The notes: generated from the sequence alone by a model not told the origin. Counted from the first letter of the stretch, positions 29,508 through 39,356 are shown. The stretch: 64,000 bases of DNA from an uncultured Nitrososphaerota archaeon (GCA_963842885.1 CAWJIE010000002.1:96001-160000), one strand, 5' to 3'. Numbers and translations: made by a program.

Positions 29508-30302
29508 ATGCCGAAAGTGAGGGTGAATGACATTCAGATCTACTATGAAGTGCATGGCGAAGGCTTTCCGTTAGTAATGATTCACGGGTTAGCTGCAAAC
29601 CTTGACTGGTGGGACCCGCGCATGGTCAGAGAACTCTCAAGGAGATTCATGACGGTCATGTTCGACAACAGGGGGGCTGGACGCACCGACGTGTCTGACA
29701 GAAGATATACCATCAGACTGTTTGCCGATGACACGGCGGGTCTGATGGATGGCTTGGGGATTTCCAGGGCTCACGTGCTCGGGCTTTCAATGGGTGGAAT
29801 GATAGCCCAAGAGCTGGTGCTCAACTACCCCCAGAAAGTCGAAAGGCTTGTCCTCTGCTCCACCAGCTGTGGAGGTGGAAGGTCGGTTCGAGCATCTAAG
29901 GATGTGATGGGAATGCTCATGGCTGGCAGAAGCGCTTCGTCCCAGAAAGAAGGAGCCGAAATGATGATTCCACTTTTTGTGACCGAAGATTTCGCCAAGA
30001 AGAACCCTGACTTGGTAGAGCTTATGATGCAACGGAACCTCAGGGCCCCGATTTCAGACGAAGCCTACAGGCGGCAATCAAACGCGATCTCGGAATTCGA
30101 CACCCATGGTAGGCTGCCTCAGATTAAGGCCCCCACTCTGATATTGCATGGCAAGAAGGATATCCTCGTGCCTCCTGGGAACGGTTCGGTCTTGGCTGAA
30201 GCCATATCCAATGCTAAGCTTGTCTATCTTGAAAGGTCAGCCCACACTCTTGTAGAAGATATGGCTGAAGTAGTCAACGCTGTGACAGGTTTCCTTGGCT
30301 AA
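29508..30302 (+). CDS. Alpha/beta hydrolase
   Basis: IHG, DNRGAGRT, nucleophile elbow GLSMGG, Asp (KKD) and His (SAH). Confidence 0.93.
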   Translation: MPKVRVNDIQIYYEVHGEGFPLVMIHGLAANLDWWDPRMVRELSRRFMTVMFDNRGAGRTDVSDRRYTIRLFADDTAGLMDGLGISRAHVLGLSMGGMIAQELVLNYPQKVERLVLCSTSCGGGRSVRASKDVMGMLMAGRSASSQKEGAEMMIPLFVTEDFAKKNPDLVELMMQRNLRAPISDEAYRRQSNAISEFDTHGRLPQIKAPTLILHGKKDILVPPGNGSVLAEAISNAKLVYLERSAHTLVEDMAEVVNAVTGFLG

Positions 30303-30466
30303 CCTTTGCACTATCGTAGATATGATATGGAACTTTGATGTAGGCTAAGCATCAAGAGCCTATCTCAAGATCATCCTTTGATAGACCATGATGGAGCAGG
30401 CGAGCTGGATGAGCCCAAGTCTTCGTCAGAATGATAACAACGCCTCTTTCCTGTTGGACGTCATAG

Positions 30467-30510
30467 TTTTGGATATCTATTGCTACTCGAAAAGAAATCG
30501 ATATCATCGG
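30467..30510 (+). repeat. Module B
   Basis: GATATCTATTGCT ACTCGAAA AGAAATCGATATC (30472-30505); arms 11/13 inverted. Confidence 0.88.
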
Positions 30511-30531
30511 GATTATACTTTATAGGCTTGG

Positions 30532-31551
30532 TTGCCACCGGAGAAGAGGAGCATGCCTGCGAAACCTGTCAGCGTGCTGGTCACTGTCCCCATCGACGAC
30601 AAGCTCTTGCAGCAAATCAGGGCCGTCAGCCCCCGGATAGAGCTCAGCGATGCCTTCGAACTGACGATGGCCGAAGAGGGAGGAGACCTCTCCCGAAAGG
30701 ATGAGCTGGACGCCCTGCTGGCTGGGGCCGAGATAATCTATGGGTTTGGCCTCCCTCGGAACGTCATCGTCCGAGCTCCAAGGCTGAAATGGATACAGGT
30801 GATGTCCGCCGGAGTGGACAGGTATCTGGATGATGAAGTGCGTAAGAGTTCGGTGATGCTGACCAACGTGAGTGGAATACACGCCACCCCGATCAGTGAG
30901 TTCGTCCTTCAGCTGATGTTGATGTTCTCGAAGCAGGCTCCGCTTTGCTTTCAGCTGAAGCAAGAGAAGCAGTGGGAGCGGCTCGGCACGACCGTCCTGC
31001 GCTCCAAGACGGTGGGGATAGTGGGGCTGGGCCACATCGGGCGAGAGGTGGCTCGGCTGGCCAAGGCCTTCGGCATGAGGGTCGTGGCCACCCGGAGGTC
31101 GGCGGGCCTGGCGGCCTCGGCCCGGCACGTGGACTTGCTCCTTCCTCCAACGCAGCTACCGCGGCTGCTCTCGGAGAGCGACTTCGTGGTGATTTGCGTG
31201 CCGCTCACTCCTGAAACGGACGGGCTGATCGGAGAAGAGGAGCTCAGGATGATGAAGCCTAGTGCCTGCCTCATCAACGTGGCCAGGGGCAAGATATTGA
31301 ACGAGGGGGCGTTGGTGAAGGCCCTTGAGGAGAAGAGGATAGCGGGAGCGGGTTTGGACGTCTTTGCAACAGAGCCCCTTCCCGCCGACAGCAAGCTGTG
31401 GGGGTTTCCAAATGTGATCCTGAGCCCTCACATTTCGGGCGGAATGGAAGACTACCTTGAGCAGGCGACGAAGGTATTCTGCGAAAATATGGGGCGTTAC
31501 CTGAGCGGAAGGAGGCTGGTCAACGTGGTGAGCAAGAAGAGGGGATATTGA
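30532..31551 (+). CDS. D-2-hydroxyacid dehydrogenase family
   Basis: GIVGLGHIG, INVARG, GLDVFATEP and SPHISG motifs. Confidence 0.95.
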   Translation: MPPEKRSMPAKPVSVLVTVPIDDKLLQQIRAVSPRIELSDAFELTMAEEGGDLSRKDELDALLAGAEIIYGFGLPRNVIVRAPRLKWIQVMSAGVDRYLDDEVRKSSVMLTNVSGIHATPISEFVLQLMLMFSKQAPLCFQLKQEKQWERLGTTVLRSKTVGIVGLGHIGREVARLAKAFGMRVVATRRSAGLAASARHVDLLLPPTQLPRLLSESDFVVICVPLTPETDGLIGEEELRMMKPSACLINVARGKILNEGALVKALEEKRIAGAGLDVFATEPLPADSKLWGFPNVILSPHISGGMEDYLEQATKVFCENMGRYLSGRRLVNVVSKKRGY

Positions 31552-31740
31552 TTATGAAACTGCTCCTGTAGAGGACCTTCCAGTGGCGCCACGGTCCGCC
31601 GGCCTGATCAAGGAAGCGTCTTACGTTCTCTCTGTCCTCCTCGTTGATTCCTTCGGCGCGGCAAGTACTTCCTTGCTCTAGGCGAATTCAACACAGTGAG
31701 TCACCGACGGGATCGGAAAAAGGGATGGGCAGGAGGTGGC

Positions 31741-32085
31741 TCAGAAGCCAAATAGGAGGAGCTGTTCGGGAAGGGGCTCCTTGGATATGACGTTCAAGTC
31801 GATGCCGGAGAAGTCCTTGATTTCGTTCTTCACCCAGACGGCGAACTTGGCCTTCGACTTCGCCATGATCTCCATGGACTTCTGCGGGCTCGTACACTCG
31901 AAATAGTCGATGATTAGGTCTCCCTGGGGAGTAGGTTGAAGGAATATCGCCTCCTTCGTAGTCTTGATCATCTTCTCCAACGCGGCGAACTCCTTGGCGT
32001 GTTTCGTCTTGAGAGACTTGAGGAACTCCCTGGCCTTTTCGGTCTTCCCGGGCAGCACCGGGAACGCCATAGCGATGGGCTTCAT
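31741..32085 (-). CDS. 114-aa hypothetical protein (paralog 2)
   Basis: Paralog of 27889..28233 with homologous flanks. Confidence 0.85.
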   Translation of the reverse strand: MKPIAMAFPVLPGKTEKAREFLKSLKTKHAKEFAALEKMIKTTKEAIFLQPTPQGDLIIDYFECTSPQKSMEIMAKSKAKFAVWVKNEIKDFSGIDLNVISKEPLPEQLLLFGF

Positions 32086-32223
32086 GCAATATGAAGCGAC
32101 CTTCCCGATATTTAACAGTTCAGCCTTTCAGTCTGCGCTAAGCCAGGTGTTGACGCCCGAGTTTAAGACGATGGGGTGGCAGTCTCCTTTGGCGGGACTC
32201 GGCCTCTTTCACTGAGTCAGTAG

Positions 32224-32275
32224 ACTTGGCCCTTGAGTTCCAACCGGGATAGGAGCATAGGATGCGATGCTCAAG
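32224..32275 (+). repeat. Module E
   Basis: acttggcccttgagttccaaccgggataggagcataggatgcgatgctcaag. Confidence 0.87.
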
Positions 32276-32423
32276 CTCTTTGCCGAAGAGGTCGTCAAGT
32301 CGTTCTCCTGAGATCCACCTCCCCCTGGGCCGTCTTCTCCGCAACCCACTTCGCTAGGCAGAACGCCCGATTGCGAAACGTTATTACAACCAGTCATTCG
32401 GTACATCTCCGGTCAGCAAGGCC

Positions 32424-33188
32424 ATGTCACCTAGAGGTTCCTCAGGTCCGAGAACTAGGAAGGCCGCTTCAACCGCCGCGAGCTATGTCTTGAAAGTGAT
32501 TCAAGACAGACGATCAGCACGAGTCCCCTTCGATCCTCACCGCCCGGTGGAGGCTGAAAGCCTCAAGAAGATCATCGAGGCCGCCCGATGGGCCCCCACT
32601 CCTCACAACATGCAGAACTTCGAAATCATCATAGTGGATGACGGGAAGCTCCTGCAGGAGCTAGGGAGGATCAGGTCCCACACCTCAGTGGAGTTCCTCC
32701 GGGAGAACTATCAGCAGCTTTCCCTCTCCGAGGAGGAGCTGCTCCGAAAGAAGGTCGGAGTCCTCGGTGCCCAGTTTCCACCATCGTGGAGGGACCCTGC
32801 GAGGTTTGAGGAGGTGGCCCAAGAGGGCGCCGGCGCGCCCCTGAGCCAGATCATCAACGGAAGCCCGACGCTACTGATAGTGACCTATGACCCAAGGAAG
32901 AGGGCGCCTGCCTCTGAAGGAGACTCCCTAGGGTTCATGGGCCTCGGCTGCGTCATGGAGAACATCTGGCTCATGGCCTACTCCCTGGGGGTGGGCCTTC
33001 ACATACTGAGCGTCTTCGGCAGGGAACCCGAGGAGGAAGTGAAGCGGGTCCTTAACATCCCCAAGGAGATGAAGATCGCCTACGCCGTGCGCCTGGGGTA
33101 CCCCGTCCATCCCCCGGCCGAGCATCGGAGGGTGAGGCGCGATGCGAGGGTGCTGACCCACCACAACCGATACATGGCCACCAGTTAA
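32424..33188 (+). CDS. Nitroreductase family protein
   Basis: RRSAR, EAARWAPTPHNMQ, ENIWLMAYSLG and LGYP motifs. Confidence 0.92.
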   Translation: MSPRGSSGPRTRKAASTAASYVLKVIQDRRSARVPFDPHRPVEAESLKKIIEAARWAPTPHNMQNFEIIIVDDGKLLQELGRIRSHTSVEFLRENYQQLSLSEEELLRKKVGVLGAQFPPSWRDPARFEEVAQEGAGAPLSQIINGSPTLLIVTYDPRKRAPASEGDSLGFMGLGCVMENIWLMAYSLGVGLHILSVFGREPEEEVKRVLNIPKEMKIAYAVRLGYPVHPPAEHRRVRRDARVLTHHNRYMATS

Positions 33189-33259
33189 GTCGAGGCGTCT
33201 CCATCCGTTACGGCCCTGGCGTCATCCTTAATACGACTGAACGGGAAGGCGGCGCTGTC

Positions 33260-34006
33260 ATGAAGACCACCGGGAACACCGTGTTGATCACCGGGGGAGC
33301 CACGGGCATCGGCTTCGCGCTCGCTTCGAGGTTCTTCAGCCTGGGAAACGAAGTCATAATCTGCGGAAGGAGAGAGGCGAAGCTTCGGGAGGCCAAGGAG
33401 AGGCTTCCGCAGATCAGCATCAGGAGGTGCGATATCTCCCGCCAGGCCGACGTCGAATCCCTGCTCGCCTGGGTCACCTCCGACCATCCCGGCATCAACG
33501 TCCTCGTCAACAACGCCGGAATCCAGAGGGCGATAGACCTGAGGAAGGGCGTGGAGGACCTGCTCGCGAACGAAGACGAAATCATTGTAAACCTGAGGGC
33601 CCAGGTCTACCTGTCCGCCTACTTCGTGCCGTTGTTCGCCAAGAGACCAGGCGAATCGGCCATCATCAACGTCTCCTCGGGCCTGGCCTTCGTCCCTCTA
33701 GCAAGGTTCCCGGTCTACTGCGCGACCAAGGCAGCGATCCACTCGTTCACCATTTCGCTCAGGCACCAGCTCAAGGACACGCCGGTTCGGGTGTTCGAGG
33801 TGATCCCCCCAACGGTGTACGATACGGAGCTGAAGGGCAGTCCGCTGCCGAAGAGCGATTGGACGGCCTCGTCCGAAGAAGTCGCGGACGCCGTCATCAA
33901 GGGCCTGGAGAACGACGACCCCGAGATTCCCGTCGGCCAAGCGAAGGGTTGGCTCGCAGGCTCGAAGGGTGACCTGGACGCCGCGTTCAGGAACATGAAT
34001 CGTTAG
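33260..34006 (+). CDS. Short-chain dehydrogenase (DltE-like)
   Basis: TGGATGIG, NNAG and YCATK motifs. Confidence 0.95.
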   Translation: MKTTGNTVLITGGATGIGFALASRFFSLGNEVIICGRREAKLREAKERLPQISIRRCDISRQADVESLLAWVTSDHPGINVLVNNAGIQRAIDLRKGVEDLLANEDEIIVNLRAQVYLSAYFVPLFAKRPGESAIINVSSGLAFVPLARFPVYCATKAAIHSFTISLRHQLKDTPVRVFEVIPPTVYDTELKGSPLPKSDWTASSEEVADAVIKGLENDDPEIPVGQAKGWLAGSKGDLDAAFRNMNR

Positions 34007-34064
34007 GGGGCTTCGTCGCCTTGAGGAGCGAACTCCAGACGCCTCATGCCTGGGCTGACCAAGA

Positions 34065-35018
34065 ATGAAGCTCAAATTCATGTCCAGGTTTGATATCGTT
34101 CCGGTCGCGCCGTTCGACTTCGATCTGACGGTGAGGAAGCCCGCCGGATGGAGCCTGTTCAACGCCGGCGAAATCTACGAAGGCGGGACCCTCTGCACGG
34201 CGACGAGGATCCTGGGGAGGCTGGTCGGGCTGAAGCTTCGTTCTGTTGGGACACTGAAGAAGCCGCGAATCCTTGTGACCGTCTTCACCGTGTCGCCCAT
34301 CCCAACGCGGGAGAAGCTGGGCATCAAGGAGGCGTTGGAGACACTAATCGGTGCCGACCAAGACCTGAAAGAGTTCTACGAGATGGCCAAGAAGGACGAC
34401 ATCCTGGAGCACACGGTCAAGGACCTCTATGGAATGCACGACACTCAGACGGCTTATCTCTTCAACTCAGTCGTGCTGAGCATCTGCCTCCAAATGGCGA
34501 GGATAGATAGAAGCGAGAAGATGATGGCTACGATAAACAAGCTCTACGGAACCAGGGTGGAGTTTGACGGGAAGGAGATCGTCGTGGAGCCAGCGGCTGA
34601 GACGATTGCGAGGCTGAAGCCAGAAGAGCTTGCAAAGAAATGCAACCTTGGTTACCGTGCCAAGTACATAATTGGAGCGGCGAAGATGATCACCAATGGA
34701 TTCCCCGACACCAGCCAGATCTTGAGCATGCCTCCCGACGAAGCGAAGAAGAAACTCATGGAGCTGCCGGGAGTGGGGGACTACGCGGCGGACATAATCA
34801 ACCCGCACGGGGGCTTCCCCATAGACGCGTGGTCAGTCGATGTGTTTGGCAAACTCTTGTTTGGCGAGGAACCCCACAAGGCCAGGGAGGCCATAGAGGC
34901 GGTCAAAAAGGAGGGACTGCGTCGCTGGGGGAGGTTCGCGTGGCTGGCCTTCTTCTATGTGGCGCAGGACCTTGCAAACCTTTCGGAGCGGCTTGGGATT
35001 CAGCTCAGGATGCAGTAG
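34065..35018 (+). CDS. HhH-GPD DNA glycosylase (AlkA/Ogg-like)
   Basis: LGYRAKYI, HhH motif LMELPGVGDYAAD, FPID. Confidence 0.85.
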   Translation: MKLKFMSRFDIVPVAPFDFDLTVRKPAGWSLFNAGEIYEGGTLCTATRILGRLVGLKLRSVGTLKKPRILVTVFTVSPIPTREKLGIKEALETLIGADQDLKEFYEMAKKDDILEHTVKDLYGMHDTQTAYLFNSVVLSICLQMARIDRSEKMMATINKLYGTRVEFDGKEIVVEPAAETIARLKPEELAKKCNLGYRAKYIIGAAKMITNGFPDTSQILSMPPDEAKKKLMELPGVGDYAADIINPHGGFPIDAWSVDVFGKLLFGEEPHKAREAIEAVKKEGLRRWGRFAWLAFFYVAQDLANLSERLGIQLRMQ

Positions 35019-35023
35019 GCGCG

Positions 35024-35154
35024 CGTAGGCTTGGACTTGCCAGAGTCCGCACCGTTGGGGATTCGTGGCCATGTCGATACTAGACTGCCCCTCTCAGTCA
35101 ACTTGGCCCTTAGGTTCCAACCGGGATAGGACATAGGATGCTGTGTTCAAACCG
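35024..35154 (+). repeat. Partial module A + D + E composite
   Basis: cgtaggcttggacttgc, gagtccgcaccgttggggattcg, agtcaacttggcccttaggttccaaccgggataggacataggatgctgtgttcaaaccg; begins about 6 bp after a stop. Confidence 0.9.
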
Positions 35155-35177
35155 ACGAGGAATGTCGCCGACCCTCA

Positions 35178-35504
35178 TCATTTCCGTCCTCTCAACTCGA
35201 CGAGCCCAAATCCGAACTTCTCCCTAACCTCTTCCTTATTGACGACGGGGAGGCCCTTCTCCTTCCTCTCGAAGGATTTGCATGACGAATATAGGAGGAC
35301 ATAGGCTCCATACTCCAAGCAGACCAGCTCCCTCTCGAAGTGGGCCGCATGGGCGCAGAGCATGCAGTGCGGCGGGCGCACTCCTCCTCCTTCGAGATGC
35401 TTGAAAAAGTCAGGTGGCAGCATATCCCTGAACCTAACCCGCATTCCCGCTTTAACGACCCTCACAAAGGCAGGGGAGACAGCGGAGTGAGCTGGGCTCT
35501 GCAA
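35178..35504 (-). CDS. Small Cys-motif hypothetical protein
   Basis: HCMLCAH..VCLEYG..SSCKSF pattern; the true start is probably downstream of the ORF start. Confidence 0.55.
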   Translation of the reverse strand: MQSPAHSAVSPAFVRVVKAGMRVRFRDMLPPDFFKHLEGGGVRPPHCMLCAHAAHFERELVCLEYGAYVLLYSSCKSFERKEKGLPVVNKEEVREKFGFGLVELRGRK

Positions 35505-35555
35505 CCATCATGGCCGGAACAGTTGTTCTTAAACGACGGGTACTCGGGCCGTCGA

Positions 35556-36002
35556 CTACACAGGTAACTGTTTGCCACAGAAGGGACAGAACTTGACGTT
35601 CGGGTCCACGAATCGGCCGCAGCTGGAGCACACTCGAAGATTCGAGGGTTGAGTGGACGCAACCGCCTGCGGTCTCCAGGCTATGCCAAGAGCTCCGCCA
35701 ATCAAGCCCAAGATGAAACCGATGATAAGGCCTCCGGTCCCTGCCAGACTCAGTATGGAGAAGAGCAGCACAACGATTCCCCAAGTAGTGTGCTGCTCGG
35801 GTCTGCTGTTCATCATCGCGCCCCCCGTTATCATGATTGCCCCGCATACGATCGCCCAAAGACCAAACACTGCCCCTACGCCGCCTATCCAGAAGGTTAG
35901 TGTAGCTCCGACAATTGCCAGGAAAAGACCCACAAGCAGGACAAAGACGCCGCCTATCAAAGAGAGTATGAACGCGGCTGAAGGTCTTTCAGTCATTGAC
36001 AC
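35556..36002 (-). CDS. Membrane protein with C-terminal double zinc ribbon
   Basis: 4 Gly-rich TM segments; CSSCG..KFCPFCG. Confidence 0.87.
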   Translation of the reverse strand: MSMTERPSAAFILSLIGGVFVLLVGLFLAIVGATLTFWIGGVGAVFGLWAIVCGAIMITGGAMMNSRPEQHTTWGIVVLLFSILSLAGTGGLIIGFILGLIGGALGIAWRPQAVASTQPSNLRVCSSCGRFVDPNVKFCPFCGKQLPV

Positions 36003-36074
36003 TTCGATCTACTATCAATATTCAGCTGAAACCATTATTTAGCCTTATGAGATGTGCATATGACAGACTCTGAT

Positions 36075-36186
36075 AGGTCGGAAAGGTTGTGTCATTTGTC
36101 ATATTTGAGTGTTAAATCGTTCCTCTAAGTCAACCTGTTCCATAGGCTCCAGCCGGGATAGGAGCATAGGATGCTATGCTCAAACC
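36075..36186 (+). repeat. Diverged D + module E
   Basis: agtcaac...gccgggataggagcataggatgctatgctcaaacc; perfect stem GAGCATAG/CTATGCTC at 36162-36181. Confidence 0.85.
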
Positions 36187-36281
36187 ACAGCTTTCTCTGA
36201 GGCATAGATAGGCCTGCCGTGTCAGGCGGATTGCAATGAGACGAGGATGCACTTATATTAGTCGCTGCCGACGATAGAAGC

Positions 36282-36491
36282 TTGACTATGGAATCTAGAA
36301 CGGCCGCAATGATTCTGATAATCGTCGTCCTGCTTGTTGCACTAGCTGCGGTGTCATACCATACCGCCATGTACGAACCGGTCAGCACGGTTACGGTGGC
36401 AGCTTCCACCACCACGGTAACCACCACGGCAACCACCACGGTGACTAGCGCCAATGTCACGGTGACAGTCAGCGTCCCATACTATGGATGA
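36282..36491 (+). CDS. Small membrane-anchored Thr-rich protein
   Basis: TM plus Thr/Val-rich stretch; TTATATTA box upstream. Confidence 0.55.
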   Translation: MTMESRTAAMILIIVVLLVALAAVSYHTAMYEPVSTVTVAASTTTVTTTATTTVTSANVTVTVSVPYYG

Positions 36492-36636
36492 AGAAAGATG
36501 ACAGCGTGACAGGCCCCACCACCACGCCGACCTCCAAAGATGCAGGATGTAAGGCAACAGAACCGGCGGCGATCGCGAAAGCCGCAATGACTAATGCCGC
36601 TACCGCTTTCTGGTTCATTGATCCCGTAGCCAAGAC

Positions 36637-36814
36637 ACAATTGCCAGGAAAAGACCCACAAGCAGGACAAAGACGCCGCCTATCAAAGAGAGTATGAACG
36701 CGGCTGAAGGTCTTTCAGTCATTGACACTTCGATCTACTATCAATATTCAGCTGAAACCATTATTTAGCCTTATGAGATGTGCATATGACAGACTCTGAT
36801 AGGTCGGAAAGGTT
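36637..36814. repeat. Exact 178-bp copy of 35911-36088 (promoter and 5' end of the zinc-ribbon gene)
   Basis: Base-for-base identity at offset 726. Confidence 0.93.
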
Positions 36815-36913
36815 ACGTTATTTGCCATATCTGAGGATCAAACCGTCCCTCCCAGTCAACTTCCCCATTAGGTTCTGACCGGGATAGGGACATAGGTTCC
36901 TACGCTCAAATCG
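36815..36913 (+). repeat. Diverged D right part + module E
   Basis: agtcaacttccccattaggttctgaccgggatagggacataggttcctacgctcaaatcg. Confidence 0.85.
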
Positions 36914-36997
36914 AAGACCGGCGGGCCGGGGCGGATTCGGGGCCAAGTCAGTACTAATGCGGGGTCGCAGCAGATTCTGCAATGCTAATACGTCTTA

Positions 36998-37099
36998 GTA
37001 TTATGAAAAGAGCTTGGAAGAGCTAAATAGAATGACCTTTTACTATTTATTTATCCAAAGGAGTTATATATTTTTCTATCAATCTTGAAATACTTATAT
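36998..37099 (+). promoter_or_regulatory. Shared 102-bp AT-rich promoter block, copy 1
   Basis: Homologous to 38432-38533; AAGAGCT direct repeats; ends in a TTATAT box. Confidence 0.75.
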
Positions 37100-37115
37100 A
37101 ATCCCTAAAGCTTAT

Positions 37116-37661
37116 ATGATAATTGCTAGGAAAGAGAAAATGCAAATCGGAAAACGCGAAATAAGTAAGTTAGAGGCAACACTTCTAGTATCTCTGGTGG
37201 CAACTATTGCCGCACTAGCCGCAGTAACCATATTCACATCTAACACGATGGGAGGAACCTACAATCCAACACTGGCCGTGTCTGTAGCCTCCGCATCATA
37301 CTCAATCAATGGAGGAGGCCAGATACCCATCTCAGCAAACGGAAACACATTGACGTTTCCAACGGACATAATGTTCAACAGCACATCGGACTACATCAAC
37401 ATCACCGTTACGGTGAACAATGGAGGTTCGGAGTCTGTGCCGTTCAGCGTAACTGCCCCTGGCAGTAACATCAACATAGCTGGATTCACGGTCAATGGAC
37501 TGTCACCTGGCGATCCAGGATTCATTCGGAACTTTGCTCCGGGAACCACGACCTTGAGCTGGCGACTTGAAGCGAATTATAACGAATTCGGGTCCCCTCC
37601 CGGTCCAGTAGACTTTACAGCTCCTTGGTCGTTCGGTCCAGTCCAAATAACATCACCCTAA
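37116..37661 (+). CDS. Membrane-anchored secreted hypothetical protein
   Basis: Basic N-terminus + TM + beta-rich domain; lower GC than surroundings. Confidence 0.75.
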   Translation: MIIARKEKMQIGKREISKLEATLLVSLVATIAALAAVTIFTSNTMGGTYNPTLAVSVASASYSINGGGQIPISANGNTLTFPTDIMFNSTSDYINITVTVNNGGSESVPFSVTAPGSNINIAGFTVNGLSPGDPGFIRNFAPGTTTLSWRLEANYNEFGSPPGPVDFTAPWSFGPVQITSP

Positions 37662-37913
37662 ACTCCCTTGATAAGTCTCTGAAAATTAGGACGACGACAC
37701 GGCTTTTTGTGTTAGGAAGAAAGGGTAGTCTGTCTTAACTGCAATATCTACTGCTCAGGACAGAGTCAGAAGCATCCCTCTTTCAAGTACAAGACGTCAA
37801 GCCGTGAGAGCCCGGCTAACCTCAGTATCGGGCATCGGACGCTCGGAGAAGGAAGGAGCCGGGCGCTGCCTTGAAGGGTTCCCGGGAGAAGGGCCTCCTC
37901 TTCTTGTGGTGCG

Positions 37914-38231
37914 TCACCCGACCGCCGGCGTCGTTGCCAGAGACAAGCCGGCCTTCTCGAAGAGATGAGCAAGCGAGAGGGCCTGAGCCGAAGGCCCCTC
38001 GACGATGTGATAGAACGCCTCGGGCCTTCCCCTCCCTCCTCGGATCTCGCATCTCCCTACGAAGTTGGCCTCCTGCAGGAGCTTCAGGTGATAGCGAACC
38101 GTCCCCCGCTCCATCGCGAGGAACAAAGAGATCTCCTTGAGGCTCATCGGCCTTTTGACAAGGAGGTTGAGTATGTCCATCCTCGCCTTGCTTGCGAGCA
38201 CCAGCATCGCCAGGTGCTCAACGGGGATCAT
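37914..38231 (-). CDS. ArsR-like winged-HTH regulator
   Basis: LASKARMDILNLL..PMSLKEIS..TVRYHLKLL..GRGRP..Y. Confidence 0.85.
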   Translation of the reverse strand: MIPVEHLAMLVLASKARMDILNLLVKRPMSLKEISLFLAMERGTVRYHLKLLQEANFVGRCEIRGGRGRPEAFYHIVEGPSAQALSLAHLFEKAGLSLATTPAVG

Positions 38232-38431
38232 CTGCTTGCCAAGTAAGTATTAGTCCGAGCGTCTATTTAAATCATATGGCAGGAGACGGAATTATATATG
38301 AAATAGTATTAGTCATTGTTATGCCGCAGAAATCATGAATTAATGGACGGTTTATTCCAAGACGTCGGATTGCCTAAGGTGCCCGGCGGCCAAAGCGCCA
38401 CTTTACAAGGCCCCGGTCGCAGAGCCGTTCG

Positions 38432-38533
38432 GTATTATCAAAAGAGCTTGGAAGAGCTAAATAGAATGGTCTTTTTCTATTTACTCATCCAAGGAAGTCA
38501 TATGTTCTTCTGCCAATCGTGAAATCCTTATAT
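38432..38533 (+). promoter_or_regulatory. Shared 102-bp promoter block, copy 2
   Basis: Homologous to 36998-37099. Confidence 0.75.
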
Positions 38534-38577
38534 TTCACCTTCCACTATTTTCCATTCACCGAGGTGGAAGAACGAAA

Positions 38578-39114
38578 ATGAAAGGAAAGACGATATCAGC
38601 AATACTCGTCATCCTGGCGCTTGCCCTTCTGCCGACCATGTCCGCATCTGTAGCACGTACACCAAAGCCCGTGACGATTACGGGATACCTTTCTCATAGC
38701 CTCGACACCCCACCCTTCTATACTACTTCCTACACTGTAGTTGGGAACACCTGCTACTGGAGCTTCACCGACGATGCTTACTACACTGGAGACATTTCAG
38801 GCACTTCCCATACTGTTGGATCATGGGTCATGCATGGATGTGATTATGCGACGTTCGGATACACATGGGCTTCCATGAGCTACGTGGAAACCTTCGATTC
38901 AGCCAACGTCCTAGGCCAGACAGGCGGATTGACTCTGAAGTTCACGGGCATAATTGTCCCATGGCAGTATAGCGGATACTTCGGGACACTCGTAATCATC
39001 GGCTCTACCGGTGGACTGGCGAACCTTCATGGGCAAGGAATTGAATGGTCGGGTTGGTGGGTGCCTGCCAGCCCAACAGCTGAACATTACAGCATGCAAG
39101 TATACTACGGCTGA
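38578..39114 (+). CDS. Secreted beta-rich hypothetical protein
   Basis: Signal peptide, GAGGTG RBS, GSTGGLANLHGQG motif. Confidence 0.8.
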   Translation: MKGKTISAILVILALALLPTMSASVARTPKPVTITGYLSHSLDTPPFYTTSYTVVGNTCYWSFTDDAYYTGDISGTSHTVGSWVMHGCDYATFGYTWASMSYVETFDSANVLGQTGGLTLKFTGIIVPWQYSGYFGTLVIIGSTGGLANLHGQGIEWSGWWVPASPTAEHYSMQVYYG

Positions 39115-39255
39115 TAAAGCGAATCAGTGCGAAGTGAGCAGAAGGGCGTCCTTTTTCTGCACGATCGAGGGACCAGCGGTGCTTCTTGACTATGTCAAAT
39201 CCCCTCTCTGCTATCTATCCAGTCTTGTACCCTTTGATGGTTTGCGGGCCTGAGT

Positions 39256-39352
39256 GGATTCCGGGTCATGTCGGTATTGAACCGCCCCTCCGAGCCAACC
39301 TTCCCCATTAGGTTCTGAACGGGATAGGGACATAGGATGCTATGTTCCAACG
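39256..39352 (+). repeat. Partial D + module E
   Basis: ggattccgggtcatgtcggtattgaaccgcccctc ... ttccccattaggttctgaacgggatagggacataggatgctatgttccaacg. Confidence 0.87.
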
Positions 39353-39356
39353 CTTG

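Noticed and set aside
30467-30510. Module B as an archaeal dif site
   Set aside because: The TTGGATAT start resembles a Thermococcales dif arm, but there is no inverted arm after a 6-bp spacer; the symmetry is 13-8-13.
36029-36088. AACC...GGTT imperfect hairpin as an attC
   Set aside because: Pairing is weak, R and L boxes do not fit, and it overlaps the promoter of the minus-strand gene.
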